Source: an uncultured Thermoproteaceae archaeon
GTDB lineage: Archaea; Thermoproteota; Thermoprotei; Thermoproteales; Thermocladiaceae
Length of the DNA: 64,000 nucleotides
Reading direction: 5' to 3'
Assembly (NCBI GenBank): GCA_964575955.1
Contig: CAZNTG010000006.1
Coordinates: forward strand, 128,001-192,000
Under the pieces are notes generated by a model. That model made no database searches. It was given only the letters and a program-made list of their open reading frames with translations, and was not told the origin of the DNA. Made by a program: the position numbers and the translations under genes. Position 1 is the stretch's first letter; each line of letters opens with the position of its first letter. This document shows positions 20,094 through 30,722 of the stretch, piece by piece.

Positions 20094-20972
20094 TTGCCTT
20101 ATCAAGCATCTATGAGTAAGATAACTGTGTCAGATTTTGTAAAAATGAAAGGTCGTGAGAAGATTGTGATGGTAGCATTATATGATTATATCTCTGCAAA
20201 AATAGCTGATGAAGTTGGTGTTCACGGTGTACTTATTGGTGATTCAGTGATTATGAATGTCTATGGTTTTAAATCTACACACTACGCAACTATTAGAGAT
20301 ATTGTTAGACATGTTCAAGCTGTATCAAATGCAAATCCTAGATATCTAATTGTTGGTGATATGCCATTTATGACTTATGAAACATCTAAGAAAGATGCTT
20401 TGAAAAATGCGTCAAAAATCATACGTGCAGGTGCTGATGCTGTTAAAGTTGAAGGTGGTCAAGAGATTGCTGATAAAGTTGAAGCACTTGTTAAAGCAGG
20501 TATACCAGTTATGGGACATATAGGATTAACACCACAGAGATATCTAACACTCGGAGGATATAGATTGATGGGTAAGACTGTAGATATTGCAGAGAAAATT
20601 ATTGAAGATGCATATGCATTACAGGATGCTGGAGCATTTAGCATAGTTATAGAATTTACAGTATCTGAAGTTGCTGCTGAGATAACTAGAAGCTTGAAAA
20701 TACCGACAATATGTATAGGTTCAGGACCTGAATGTGATGGTCAAATACTTGTAATAAACGATATATTAGGCATAAGTGAGATACAGCCATTCTTCGCGAA
20801 GAAGTATGCAAATCTTAGAGACATTATAAGAGAAGCATTAAAAAACTATGTTGAAGATGTTAAAAATGGTAGATTTCCAAGTGAAGAACATTTTAGAAGA
20901 ATGAAGAGAGAAGAATATGAACAACTTAAACAGAGAATTGAAGAAAGAAGGAAAAAGAATATGCATAGTTGA
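20094..20972 (+). CDS. panB: 3-methyl-2-oxobutanoate hydroxymethyltransferase
   Basis: LIGDS, DMPF, VKVEGG, GHIGLTPQ, DGQILV. Confidence 0.95.
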   Translation: MPYQASMSKITVSDFVKMKGREKIVMVALYDYISAKIADEVGVHGVLIGDSVIMNVYGFKSTHYATIRDIVRHVQAVSNANPRYLIVGDMPFMTYETSKKDALKNASKIIRAGADAVKVEGGQEIADKVEALVKAGIPVMGHIGLTPQRYLTLGGYRLMGKTVDIAEKIIEDAYALQDAGAFSIVIEFTVSEVAAEITRSLKIPTICIGSGPECDGQILVINDILGISEIQPFFAKKYANLRDIIREALKNYVEDVKNGRFPSEEHFRRMKREEYEQLKQRIEERRKKNMHS

Positions 20973-21432
20973 TGTTGATGGAACACTCATAGATGCATCT
21001 AGAAGATTTAGAGTAGCTACTAAGAGAGGTAGAGTAGATTGGAAAGTAGCTCTAGATATTAGAAATATAGAAATTCTAGATAAACCAATGCCTAAACATA
21101 TCATAGATAAGATTAAGAATATTTGTAGAGATATCTGTAATGAAATTATAATATTGACAGGTAGACCTGAAAATCTTAAAGATATAACTATTAGACAGAT
21201 TAAGAATATAGACTTTAAATATGATAAACTAATCATGAGGAATGTTGGCGATTATTCAAATGAGGTTGATTTTAAAATTCGTAAAATATTAGAAATATCT
21301 AAATTTGGAAACATATGTGCCATATTTGACGATAATTTAGAATTTTTAAAACATGTTAAAAATCTTCTACATAATGTAAAAATCTTCTATGTTACTTATG
21401 ATGATGTTTATGAACTTGTAGAACTATTCTAG
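20917..21432 (+). CDS. HAD-superfamily phosphatase
   Basis: DVDGT, LTGR, FDD. Confidence 0.75.
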   Translation: MNNLNRELKKEGKRICIVDVDGTLIDASRRFRVATKRGRVDWKVALDIRNIEILDKPMPKHIIDKIKNICRDICNEIIILTGRPENLKDITIRQIKNIDFKYDKLIMRNVGDYSNEVDFKIRKILEISKFGNICAIFDDNLEFLKHVKNLLHNVKIFYVTYDDVYELVELF

Positions 21433-21438
21433 ATTAAG

Positions 21439-22398
21439 ATGATTAGAAAAGTACGTGTTGAAGCACCTGCATCAACAGCAAATCTAGGTCCTGGATTTGA
21501 CGTGTTTGGTCTTGCACTAGACTTAGCATATGACTGTGTTGAAGTTGAGGTTGTTGATGATAAGTCTAGAGAGATTGTTGATTTTAAAGTTGATGGTGAG
21601 TATGCTGATCAAGTTCCTAGAGATTCTAAGAATGTTGTTTATAGACTTGCATTGAAGATATTAGAAATTTTTAATAGAGATTTAAGTATTAAGATTAGAC
21701 TTGTAAAGAATGTTAAACCTAGAAGTGGTCTTGGTAGTAGTGGTGCTAGTTCTGCTGCAATAACTTTAGCTATGTTAACAATATTGAACGTCAATATAGA
21801 TCCTGTAAAAGCTGTTGAGATAGCTTCGATAGGGGAAGAATTTGTAACAGGATCTAGACATGCTGATAATGTTGCACCATCAATGTTAGGCGGTTTCATA
21901 GTTATAAGGAGATATGATCCACTAGATCTTATTAGGATTGAGCCACCTAAAAATCTAGGTATTGTAGTTACAATACCTGAAGTTGAAGTTCCTGAAGATA
22001 AGACTAGATATGCAAGATCAGTTTTACCACAGTCAGTATCCTTGAGAGAAGTTATACATAATGTTGGACATGCATCATTTATAGCACTTGGATTCGCACT
22101 TGGAAACATAGGTCTAATAGCTAGAGGTATGAATGATATAATTGTAGAACCAAGAAGAATGAGCTTAATACCTGGAGGAGATATTGCTAGAAGGAGAGCA
22201 CTAGAGGCAGGAGCATTAGCAACAGCTATAAGTGGTGCAGGTCCAAGCTTAATAGCAATATTTAATCTAGATGAAGGTATTGAGAAAGGTCATGAAATTG
22301 GTAAAGCAATGATTGAAGGATTTAGAGAAGCTGGAGTAGATGCTAAATATATAGTAACTAGACCTAGTACAGGTCCAAAAACAGTCATAGAGAGTTAA
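21439..22398 (+). CDS. thrB: Homoserine kinase
   Basis: PASTANLGPGFD, GLGSSGAS, HADNVAP, ISGAGPS. Confidence 0.95.
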   Translation: MIRKVRVEAPASTANLGPGFDVFGLALDLAYDCVEVEVVDDKSREIVDFKVDGEYADQVPRDSKNVVYRLALKILEIFNRDLSIKIRLVKNVKPRSGLGSSGASSAAITLAMLTILNVNIDPVKAVEIASIGEEFVTGSRHADNVAPSMLGGFIVIRRYDPLDLIRIEPPKNLGIVVTIPEVEVPEDKTRYARSVLPQSVSLREVIHNVGHASFIALGFALGNIGLIARGMNDIIVEPRRMSLIPGGDIARRRALEAGALATAISGAGPSLIAIFNLDEGIEKGHEIGKAMIEGFREAGVDAKYIVTRPSTGPKTVIES

Positions 22399-22750
22399 CA
22401 CTATTCTCACCCATACAGGGAGATTCAACATATTCAGATAATTCACCTCTCAAAATTTTCTCAATAACACATGAAAGATATTCACAATCTGTAGAATATA
22501 TCTTAATACCTCTACTACGAAACACCTCAACAGCCTTAAAACCTATAGATTTAACAACTACACAATCAATATCAAGTTGTGAAAAATATTCACCAGGTCT
22601 TAAACCTCTAAATTTTGGATTTTCAACAATTTCAACACTATAATCACCATCTTTAAGAGTAACTATAGCGTAGTATAGTGCTTTACCAAAATGTTGAGAG
22701 ATTTTAGAATTAAGACCTTGATTAGACTCGAGAGGGATTAGAAATTTCAC
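22385..22750 (-). CDS. NifB/NifX-family protein
   Basis: SQHFGKA and IG.KA...F...GI. Confidence 0.8.
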   Translation of the reverse strand: MKFLIPLESNQGLNSKISQHFGKALYYAIVTLKDGDYSVEIVENPKFRGLRPGEYFSQLDIDCVVVKSIGFKAVEVFRSRGIKIYSTDCEYLSCVIEKILRGELSEYVESPCMGENSVNSL

Positions 22751-22783
22751 AATTTAAATGTGTCTTTAAGAATTTTAAGAAAA

Positions 22784-23404
22784 TTACTTCTGTTCTTTAC
22801 CTGCAACTATAGGTTTAACCTCTCCTCTCTTTTCAGTCTCTTCTTTTCTCTCTTCAGCAAGACCCAACTCTCTTAAGAGCTTCTCTCTTAATCTTGGAAT
22901 TTCAAATACTTTCTCTATAAACATTCGAATTTCATTCATTGTTAATGGAATAACCTTTCTCTGTCTACCACCTGTATCACTATACATATCAACTACAAGT
23001 TCTACACCTGCAACATTATTCATAACAAAGTTTAGAGTGTCCTCATAGAGTTTCTGTAGTTCAGGTGGTAGAACCTTCTCTTCAACTTTCCTTCTTTCTC
23101 TCTCTAATTGTTCAATAACTTTAGCAAGACATTTTCTAACTTCTTCAACTGGTATACCCTCTTTAAACCATACTAATACTCTTCTTCTATCTTCTGGATC
23201 TTCTTCTTTCTTTAAAATTCCTGCGTTAACTAATTCACTAACTACAGTAACTATATATGAATATCCTTTACCACTCTTTTCTGCAAGTTCTTTCATAGTT
23301 AATGCTCTACCCTCTTGTAATAGTGTAGCTAGTACTATACGCTTTAATTTTGCGAATTTGCCACTTATAGCATTATTTAATTTCTCACATACTTCAGAAC
23401 CCAT
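22784..23404 (-). CDS. MarR-like winged-helix protein
   Basis: ELAEKSG...V.ELV.AG....DPEDRR. Confidence 0.7.
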   Translation of the reverse strand: MGSEVCEKLNNAISGKFAKLKRIVLATLLQEGRALTMKELAEKSGKGYSYIVTVVSELVNAGILKKEEDPEDRRRVLVWFKEGIPVEEVRKCLAKVIEQLERERRKVEEKVLPPELQKLYEDTLNFVMNNVAGVELVVDMYSDTGGRQRKVIPLTMNEIRMFIEKVFEIPRLREKLLRELGLAEERKEETEKRGEVKPIVAGKEQK

Positions 23405-23490
23405 CGTTCTAATTATACACTTCTCATTTATAAGTCTTTTTACTAAGATAACTAATTTGATAACATATAAGTTCTCTCTAGAACTATACC

Positions 23491-26232
23491 TTATACAGCC
23501 TTACAAAGTACATCTCTAACAATTGTACGAATGTTATTCAAATCAATATTTGAAGAAGTAATAGCTTGTCCAAAAGTTCTACTACCACCACCTCTACAAG
23601 AAATTTTACTACACATATCACGTACAATATCACGTACAGTGATCTTCTCTCCTAATCTCTCATTCTCAAACATGTATATTAGAGACCTATCTTTAAATCT
23701 CTTAAGAACTATGAGGAGAATTTCATTACTACTTGTTAAATCTCTAGCAATACTTTGAATAGTTTCATCAGATATCTCTTCAGGAACTTCAATAAGTATA
23801 GTCTTGATATTGTTAATATTCTCAACTATAGAGTTTCTCAATATGTTTTCAATAAACTTCTTTTCTAAAATCTTGACACGTCTCTGTACATTTTCATAAT
23901 CTTCTAATAACTTTCTAATTTTAGTATGTAGCTCTGTCTCTGTACATTTTAATAATGTTGATAGAGTCTTCACACAACCTTCAATTTCTCTAACATAGTC
24001 TAGCACATGTCTACCTGTTGTAAATATTATCCTTATGACACCTTCCTGCAATCTTTCAACCTTAACTATCTTCAACATGCCGATTTCTGATGTATTTCTT
24101 ACATGTGTTCCACCACATGCCTGAACGTCAAATACATCACCATTCTTATCAACTATCTTAACAATTCTAAGTATTGGTGACGGTATTATACCTCCTTGAT
24201 AAATTCTAACACTATACTTAACTTCTGCATCTGTTCTTACAAGATTCTCTGTAATTACTTCAAAGCCTTCTTCAATAACTCTATTACACATATCTTCAAT
24301 AGTTCTAATTTCATCAATTGTTGGAACTTTGTAATGTGTGATATCTAGTCTACTAAATGGTATATCTTTTTGAACACCTGTCTGCCATATGTGAGAACCA
24401 AGAACTCTTCTACATACTTGTAGTAGTATGTGAGTTCCTGTATGCATCTTCATCAATGAATAACGTCTATCCCAATCAACTATGCCATGAACTTTCAATC
24501 CATCTATAACATCACCATCACATCTACATTCATGAATAATCACATTACCAATCTTAAACACATGATCAACACTACACTTAACACCATTCTCTACATAGAG
24601 AAAGCCTCTATCAGAAGGTTGACCACCACCTTCAGGGTAGAATGCTGTTTCTCTTAAAATTATGAAATCTCTATCATTAATCTTAACATGTCTTACTATA
24701 ACACTATCAAACTCTCTAGTATATGGATCTTCGTAGTATAGTTCTCTTGTCTTCTCAATACCTTCAACATCTATACTAAATTTCTCCTCTCCCTTAGTAA
24801 CTTCTTCCTTTTCCTGTCTCTTTCTTTCTACAAGTTTTGTATAGAAGTTTGACGGTATTTCAATCTCTATTCCTCTATCCTTTAATAGATCTATGACAAG
24901 TTCTGGTGGAATACCATATGCATCATATAGTTTAAATAGTTCATCTTCACTAATCTTCTTACCCTTCTTAATACTCTTCTCAATCTGTACCTTAGCTGTA
25001 TTTATAGATTCTTTAAACTTTCTATACTCTATACCTGCTATATCTATAATAACTTTTCTAATATCTTCAACTTCAGGATATATATTAACTAGCCAATCTA
25101 CACATGTGTTAAATATTTCTTCAATATCTACATCTATCTTCAAAGTTTCTAAGTATCTTAAAATTCTTCTAATTAACAATCTAGCTAGATAGCCAATACC
25201 TGAATTTGATGGAAGTACTCCATCATATATCATCCATGCTAGTGATCTAACATGGTCAGCTATTGTATATACTGTCTCTTGACTAATCATGAAGTTTTTT
25301 AAATATTTAGAATCTAGACCTAGCCTTTCAGAAATTTTTTCATATATATCTATCTTAGATATTTCTTCACTACTTAATTGTGATAATGTTATGCATATTT
25401 GTGATAATGTTTTATAATCTGGCTTTTCTATATTTAGTAGTTTTCTAAGTTTTTCTAATAATTCCCTAAATGTTGCTTCATACACATTTGGTAGACCTGT
25501 TGCTAGCCAGTATATTCTCTCTAATCCATACCCTGTATCTACAATCTTCATATTCATCTCTTCAAATGTTCCATCTTGTCTTGTTCTGTAATGCATGAAT
25601 ACTAGTGTTGCAACTTCTAGACCTCTTACAAGTACTTCAAAGCATTCTCCAGCATTTCCACCCCCCATCCATGTAGACTCTTTATACATGATCTCCTCCT
25701 CTGGTATTCCAAGTTCTTTTGTGAAGAATTCATGTGCTAGTTGTACTGTCTCTTCAATCCAGTATACTTTCTTATCAGGATAGTTGAATGCGTGGTGTGC
25801 CATCATTTCAAATCCTGTTAAGTGTCTACCACTTCTACCTACAATGTCTATATCTGTAAATCTTATACATGGTTGTGATATTACTAGTGGATTTGCTGGT
25901 GGTGGTACTAGTCCTGAAGTTACCCATGGTTGAAATACGTATATTGAAGCACCTACAAGATATACATCATCTCTCCATCTAGCAGCAACAACAGGATACT
26001 TGGGTATCCTAACATGTCCTCTATCTTCAAAGAATTTTAGATATATCTCTCTAGTATGTATGAGACTTTCAAGATCTCTCTTAACAGGACTATTACCTAT
26101 AAATCTGTAAGGTTCACATGGTGAATCACCACAAGTATCTCTCTCAACTAGAGACCAAAAGTATGAACCACATATCTTACATCTATATCTTCTATATCCT
26201 CTCTCAATGAGGTATCTACACTCAATAGACAT
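23491..26232 (-). CDS. alaS: Alanine--tRNA ligase (archaeal type)
   Basis: QPCIR, GRH.T.FEM, DTGYGLER, HTGTH, ACGGTH. Confidence 0.97.
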   Translation of the reverse strand: MSIECRYLIERGYRRYRCKICGSYFWSLVERDTCGDSPCEPYRFIGNSPVKRDLESLIHTREIYLKFFEDRGHVRIPKYPVVAARWRDDVYLVGASIYVFQPWVTSGLVPPPANPLVISQPCIRFTDIDIVGRSGRHLTGFEMMAHHAFNYPDKKVYWIEETVQLAHEFFTKELGIPEEEIMYKESTWMGGGNAGECFEVLVRGLEVATLVFMHYRTRQDGTFEEMNMKIVDTGYGLERIYWLATGLPNVYEATFRELLEKLRKLLNIEKPDYKTLSQICITLSQLSSEEISKIDIYEKISERLGLDSKYLKNFMISQETVYTIADHVRSLAWMIYDGVLPSNSGIGYLARLLIRRILRYLETLKIDVDIEEIFNTCVDWLVNIYPEVEDIRKVIIDIAGIEYRKFKESINTAKVQIEKSIKKGKKISEDELFKLYDAYGIPPELVIDLLKDRGIEIEIPSNFYTKLVERKRQEKEEVTKGEEKFSIDVEGIEKTRELYYEDPYTREFDSVIVRHVKINDRDFIILRETAFYPEGGGQPSDRGFLYVENGVKCSVDHVFKIGNVIIHECRCDGDVIDGLKVHGIVDWDRRYSLMKMHTGTHILLQVCRRVLGSHIWQTGVQKDIPFSRLDITHYKVPTIDEIRTIEDMCNRVIEEGFEVITENLVRTDAEVKYSVRIYQGGIIPSPILRIVKIVDKNGDVFDVQACGGTHVRNTSEIGMLKIVKVERLQEGVIRIIFTTGRHVLDYVREIEGCVKTLSTLLKCTETELHTKIRKLLEDYENVQRRVKILEKKFIENILRNSIVENINNIKTILIEVPEEISDETIQSIARDLTSSNEILLIVLKRFKDRSLIYMFENERLGEKITVRDIVRDMCSKISCRGGGSRTFGQAITSSNIDLNNIRTIVRDVLCKAV

Positions 26233-26282
26233 GTATCTCGATAAGCTATATCAAGGTGGTTATTTACAATATTTTTCTCAAA

Positions 26283-26331
26283 ATGATGATGGAGTATTAT
26301 TCTGAAACATGATGAAGGTGCGAGTTGCTGA
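26283..26331 (+). ncRNA. C/D-box guide sRNA
   Basis: ATGATGA-TGGAGTATTATT-CTGA-AAC-ATGATGA-AGGTGCGAGTTG-CTGA; consensus boxes and 12-nt guides. Confidence 0.85.
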
Positions 26332-26368
26332 GTAGTATTAAATAAAAAGTTTCACAAAAGTTTCATAC

Positions 26369-27385
26369 ATGCCTAAGATTGCTGTTATTGAAGGTGATGG
26401 TATTGGTCCTGAAGTTGTTAGATCAGCATTGAAAGTTCTTGGTAAAGCATGTTCAAAATATGGTATAGATAATATAGATGTTATCAAAGTTCCAGCTGGT
26501 GACTCTGCATTAAGAACATTTGGATCACCACTACCTGAAGATTCTTGGAAAATAATTACACAGTGTGACGCTATCTTGAAAGGTCCTGTAGGTGAGACTG
26601 CTGGTGATGTTGTTGTTAAGATTAGACGTGGACTTGACCTATATGCAAATATTAGACCTGCAAGATGTCTTCCAGGGGTTGAATGTTTGAGACCTCAGAT
26701 AGATCTTGTAGTTGTTCGTGAAAATACTGAAGATGTATATGTACGTGCAGAATATATTCATAATGATGTAGCAGTAGCATTAAGAGTGATATCTGCAAAA
26801 GCAAGTGAGAGAATTGCCAGGATAGCATTTAAAATAGCTAGACAGAGAAGAAGGAAGGTAACTATAGTACATAAGGCAAATGTCATGACAATAACAGATG
26901 GACTATTTAGAAGAAAAGTCATCGAAGTACATGATAGAGAATTTCCAGATATAGAACTCGACGAGATGTATATAGATGCTGCAGTTATGGATATAGTTAG
27001 AAGACCTGAAAGATTTGACGTCATAGTAACAACAAACCTATTTGGAGATATCTTAACAGACTTAGCAGCATACGTTTCAGGTAGTATTGGATTAGCAGCT
27101 AGTGCAAATATTGGAGATGAGAAAGCAATGTTTGAACCTGTACATGGTGCAGCATTTGATATTGCTGGTAAAGGTATTGCAAATCCAATAGCAATGATAC
27201 TATGTACATCATGGATGTTGAGATGGTTAGGAGAGAAGTTTAATGATGATAGATATGTAAAAGCTGGAAATGATATTGAAAATGCTGTTATGATAGTATT
27301 AAAAGAAGGTAGAAAACTCACACCAGATCTTGGTGGAAATGCAACAACAGAAGAAATTACAGAAGAGATATGTAGTAAAATTTAA
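26369..27385 (+). CDS. leuB: Isopropylmalate/isocitrate dehydrogenase family (LeuB-like)
   Basis: GDGIGPEV, RENTED, NLFGDILTD, FEPVHG, TPDLGG. Confidence 0.8.
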   Translation: MPKIAVIEGDGIGPEVVRSALKVLGKACSKYGIDNIDVIKVPAGDSALRTFGSPLPEDSWKIITQCDAILKGPVGETAGDVVVKIRRGLDLYANIRPARCLPGVECLRPQIDLVVVRENTEDVYVRAEYIHNDVAVALRVISAKASERIARIAFKIARQRRRKVTIVHKANVMTITDGLFRRKVIEVHDREFPDIELDEMYIDAAVMDIVRRPERFDVIVTTNLFGDILTDLAAYVSGSIGLAASANIGDEKAMFEPVHGAAFDIAGKGIANPIAMILCTSWMLRWLGEKFNDDRYVKAGNDIENAVMIVLKEGRKLTPDLGGNATTEEITEEICSKI

Positions 27386-27672
27386 CATTTAACAAGACTT
27401 AAAATCTTATTAACAATAGTATCAACATCATTAGTATCAATATCATCTCTTAAAAATCTAAATACAGTACTATCAATAATAATAACTATTTGAGGTAATC
27501 TAATTGTTAGATCTTGAATATTTAGAAATTTTAAATACTCCAAATATACACTATGCAAAATCTCGACATTCGAAATATCTAAATCTCTAAGCTTTTCATA
27601 AATTTTCAAACATTTATCATATAGTAGCTCCCAAGTTGGGCAAAATATCAATATTCTATAACTATGACACAT
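27382..27672 (-). CDS. Hypothetical protein
   Basis: Fills the gap between leuB-like and rpl12. Confidence 0.5.
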   Translation of the reverse strand: MCHSYRILIFCPTWELLYDKCLKIYEKLRDLDISNVEILHSVYLEYLKFLNIQDLTIRLPQIVIIIDSTVFRFLRDDIDTNDVDTIVNKILSLVKC

Positions 27673-27737
27673 CGAGATAGTCTAAAATCAAAAACCTTTA
27701 AATACTGGTCAACTCAATCACTACACTTAGAGTAGGT

Positions 27738-28082
27738 ATGGAGTACATATATGCAGCACTTCTACTACACTATGGAAAACAGCCAATAACTGAGGATAAC
27801 ATAGTTAAGGTACTACAAGCAGCAGGAATAACACCAGACGAGATAAAGGTAAAAGCACTAGTAGCAGCATTAAAAGAAGTAAATATTGAAGAAGCAATAA
27901 AGACAGCAGCAACAATACCAGTAGCAGCACCAGCAGCCGCACCAACAGCAGCACCAACCCCAACACCAACGGCAGAAGCAAAACCTGCAGAAGAAAAGAA
28001 AGAGGAGAAGAAAGAAGAAGAAAAGAAGGAAGGACCAAGCGAAGAGGAAATCGCATCAGGACTTGCAAGCCTATTCGGATAA
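27738..28082 (+). CDS. rpl12: 50S ribosomal stalk protein P1 (L12p)
   Basis: [11 protein letters not shown], Ala/Pro hinge, GLASLFG C-terminus. Confidence 0.97.
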   Translation: MEYIYAALLLHYGKQPITEDNIVKVLQAAGITPDEIKVKALVAALKEVNIEEAIKTAATIPVAAPAAAPTAAPTPTPTAEAKPAEEKKEEKKEEEKKEGPSEEEIASGLASLFG

Positions 28083-28109
28083 TAGCACTATCATAATAAC
28101 AACATTAAA

Positions 28110-28157
28110 ATGATGAAGGGCATACTGACAGAAAAATGAAGAGCCCTCAAGAACTGA
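28110..28157 (+). ncRNA. C/D-box guide sRNA downstream of rpl12
   Basis: ATGATGA-AGGGCATACTGA-CAGA..ATGAAGA-GCCCTCAAGAA-CTGA; GGGCATACTGAC complements archaeal 16S GUCAGUAUGCCC (from recall). Confidence 0.85.
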
Positions 28158-28175
28158 GAGTAAAAATAGGCATAT

Positions 28176-29169
28176 TCAAATATTCATAATACCTGTTATC
28201 CTTTCTTCTAATTTTTTAAGAAAATTCTCTAATACTTCCTTCCTACCTCCTAAGATTTCAGGTGTTATAAATATGGTACTTTCCTGATTTCTTGCAAATT
28301 TTCTTATTATATCTATAAACATGTCAAGTATATCATCGGTAGGTATTTTATGTCTTTGCCAGTGAATATGTACGTCATGTAGTATTAATTTCTTCTCTAA
28401 TAACATTTCATATTTCTCGAAAATTTCTTCAGGTCTTTTAGAACTAGCATGCACTTCTTGCCATGGATCGATCGTTATACCAGCCTCAATATCTAATCCC
28501 TCTCTTTCAATCTCTCTCACTAGCGTGAAGATAGCATCCTCTAGATCTTCAATAAATGTAATAATTTGAGGTTTTTTCAATATGCTAGACCCTCTATTTT
28601 CAACAGTTACACGTATGTTTATAGTAGTATTAAGTTTTGTATATACATTTTTTAGAAATCTAGCCATACCCTTAGCCATATCTACTATATATCTTTTAGA
28701 ATTTGATAGAGTAAATCTATTTTCTAATCGTCCTACATATATAAAACCTGGGTGAAATTCTAACTCTATCTAACTCAACTTTAATAGAACTACTAATTCG
28801 TTTAACACATCTAACAATTGCATCAGCATATATATCTATAAGCTCATTCCAATTCCAAATCATGCACTGATACTCAGTGTGAAACAGTATGGCAATTCCA
28901 TCACGTACATTTGCTTCACTGCAAAACTTCCTAACTTCCTCTGACCTGTCAAACACTAAATTATCCAATCGTTCCTTAATACTCTCAAGATCACAAATAA
29001 CAACATTACTAGATCTAACCTGACACATGTCGTAAAATGCAAAAGGAAGAAATAAAGCTCTAAAACACCTAGCCCAACCCAGATAAATACGCCTAATATC
29101 ACGCCAACTTGCATGCGGAAAGAGAGGCACTGCTAAAGCAAGACGAGAAACCACAAGAATAAACTGCAA
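28176..29169 (-). pseudogene. Frameshifted xylose-isomerase/AP-endonuclease-2-like TIM-barrel gene (ORFs 28717-29169 and 28176-28679)
   Basis: Removing a 10-bp imperfect duplication at about 28759-28776 joins the ORFs as KVELEFHPGFIYVG...; downstream VEN, D and HIH motifs. Confidence 0.6.
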
Positions 29170-29210
29170 AATCTCCTTAATTACATTACAACCCCAAGCT
29201 GAGATGTGTT

Positions 29211-29289
29211 TGGTGCGGCCGCCGGGATTTGAACCCGGGTTCAGCGGCTCGGAAGGCCGCCATCCTAGACCAGGCTAGACTACGGCCGC
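29211..29289 (-). tRNA. tRNA-Gly(TCC), CCA encoded
   Basis: GCGGCCGTAGTCTAGCCTGGTCTAGGATGGCGGCCT-TCC-GAGCCGCTGAACCCGGGTTCAAATCCCGGCGGCCGCACCA. Confidence 0.97.
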
Positions 29290-29351
29290 CTTCATGCTAG
29301 TTATGTGTATAGATTTTTAAGAGTTTCTCTATTTCTTCTTATCGTATCTTC

Positions 29352-30722
29352 ATGTTACGTAATTTGAAGGCTGTATCTATAGTTTTAGAGAGAGGTAGAT
29401 GTAGTTGGGGTCGTTGTTATTTCTGTGGTTGGGGTAGGAGATTTGTAAATTCTAGTGTTGAAGAGTTGAAAGTTAGATTCTTAAAGTTTGTAGATAATGT
29501 TAATACTTCTGAATTTCCTGTTTTGAAAATATTTTGTTCAGGTAGTTTTTTAGATACAGATCAATTTCCTAGAGACTTTGTCTATTGGTGTATTGAGAAT
29601 GCAGAAAGGAGAGGTTTTAAGCATGTTGTAATTGAGTCAAGACCTGAATATGTAAGTGAGGAAATTTTAGAAGCCTTTACAAGTTATAGAGTGAAAATTC
29701 ACATAGCTATCGGTCTCGAATTAGCAGACGATAATATACTACTAAACTACTATAATAAAGGTTTTAAAGTTGAAAATTATATTAAAGCTGTTGAAAATAT
29801 TCATAAATATGGACATTACGTTAGAACTTACATACTCGTTAATGGTCATCCAATCCTCTACAACAATCCCATATATCACAAGCAGGTTTTTGAGAAAACT
29901 ATGAAACTTGTAGAAGAATATTCTGACAGTATTGTTATTATTAACGCATATCCTCACTCACTATCAAAATTATTTAAAGATTGGATAATTATGAGATGGA
30001 GACCTCTAAGTTATGAAGAATTTTTAAATATTGTAGATACATGGATTTACAGTGATAAAGTTGAGATAGATTTTAATAACTTTAATTTTATCCCAAGGTT
30101 TCCAAAAGATATGAAATTATTCATAAGGGGTGTAGGTTGTGATATATTAAAACATCCATATTTTGAGGTTTGGCAAGACTATATTCAAAGATTCTACATA
30201 CCACCTTCAGGGAAAGAGTATCTACTCTTCATACCGTGTACTTATAGAAAGCCATATTCGAAATCTAAGACACATAGAATATTACTAAGAGAGTTGTCTA
30301 AATATGAATGGTTTAAGAAAATTCATGTTGTTGTTGTTAGTACTCCAGGTGTGATACCATACGAATATCATACATATTATCCCTTTACACATTATGATTG
30401 GCCTGAATGGGAAGAGACTGAGGATGTTAAGAGGTGTTATATTGATATTACATATGATAGAGTTAAAAAGTTTCTCATGAGAGTTAGAAACTTCTATAAA
30501 CTATTCTTCACATATTTCCATTATGAATCTGAGACTCTTCAAGCGATACTTAAAGCATTTAGAGATTTAGGAATTGAGGATAGGCTAATAAATGTCCTAG
30601 ACCTGGATACCTACAGTAAGATTAAGAGTGAGATTGGTAAAGATAGGATTGGTAGTTCAATTATAAGACATCCATTAGCTATTAAGAAGTTGATAGATGT
30701 TCTAAGTAGGTATGTGACTTAG
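29352..30722 (+). CDS. RaSEA-like radical SAM fused to an ArcS-like (DUF5591) domain; probable archaeosine synthesis
   Basis: N-terminal CSWGRCYFC, KIF.SGSFLD, ESRPE, AIGLE; C-terminal PCTYRKPYSKSKTH, GVIPYE, YPFTHYD. Confidence 0.75.
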   Translation: MLRNLKAVSIVLERGRCSWGRCYFCGWGRRFVNSSVEELKVRFLKFVDNVNTSEFPVLKIFCSGSFLDTDQFPRDFVYWCIENAERRGFKHVVIESRPEYVSEEILEAFTSYRVKIHIAIGLELADDNILLNYYNKGFKVENYIKAVENIHKYGHYVRTYILVNGHPILYNNPIYHKQVFEKTMKLVEEYSDSIVIINAYPHSLSKLFKDWIIMRWRPLSYEEFLNIVDTWIYSDKVEIDFNNFNFIPRFPKDMKLFIRGVGCDILKHPYFEVWQDYIQRFYIPPSGKEYLLFIPCTYRKPYSKSKTHRILLRELSKYEWFKKIHVVVVSTPGVIPYEYHTYYPFTHYDWPEWEETEDVKRCYIDITYDRVKKFLMRVRNFYKLFFTYFHYESETLQAILKAFRDLGIEDRLINVLDLDTYSKIKSEIGKDRIGSSIIRHPLAIKKLIDVLSRYVT

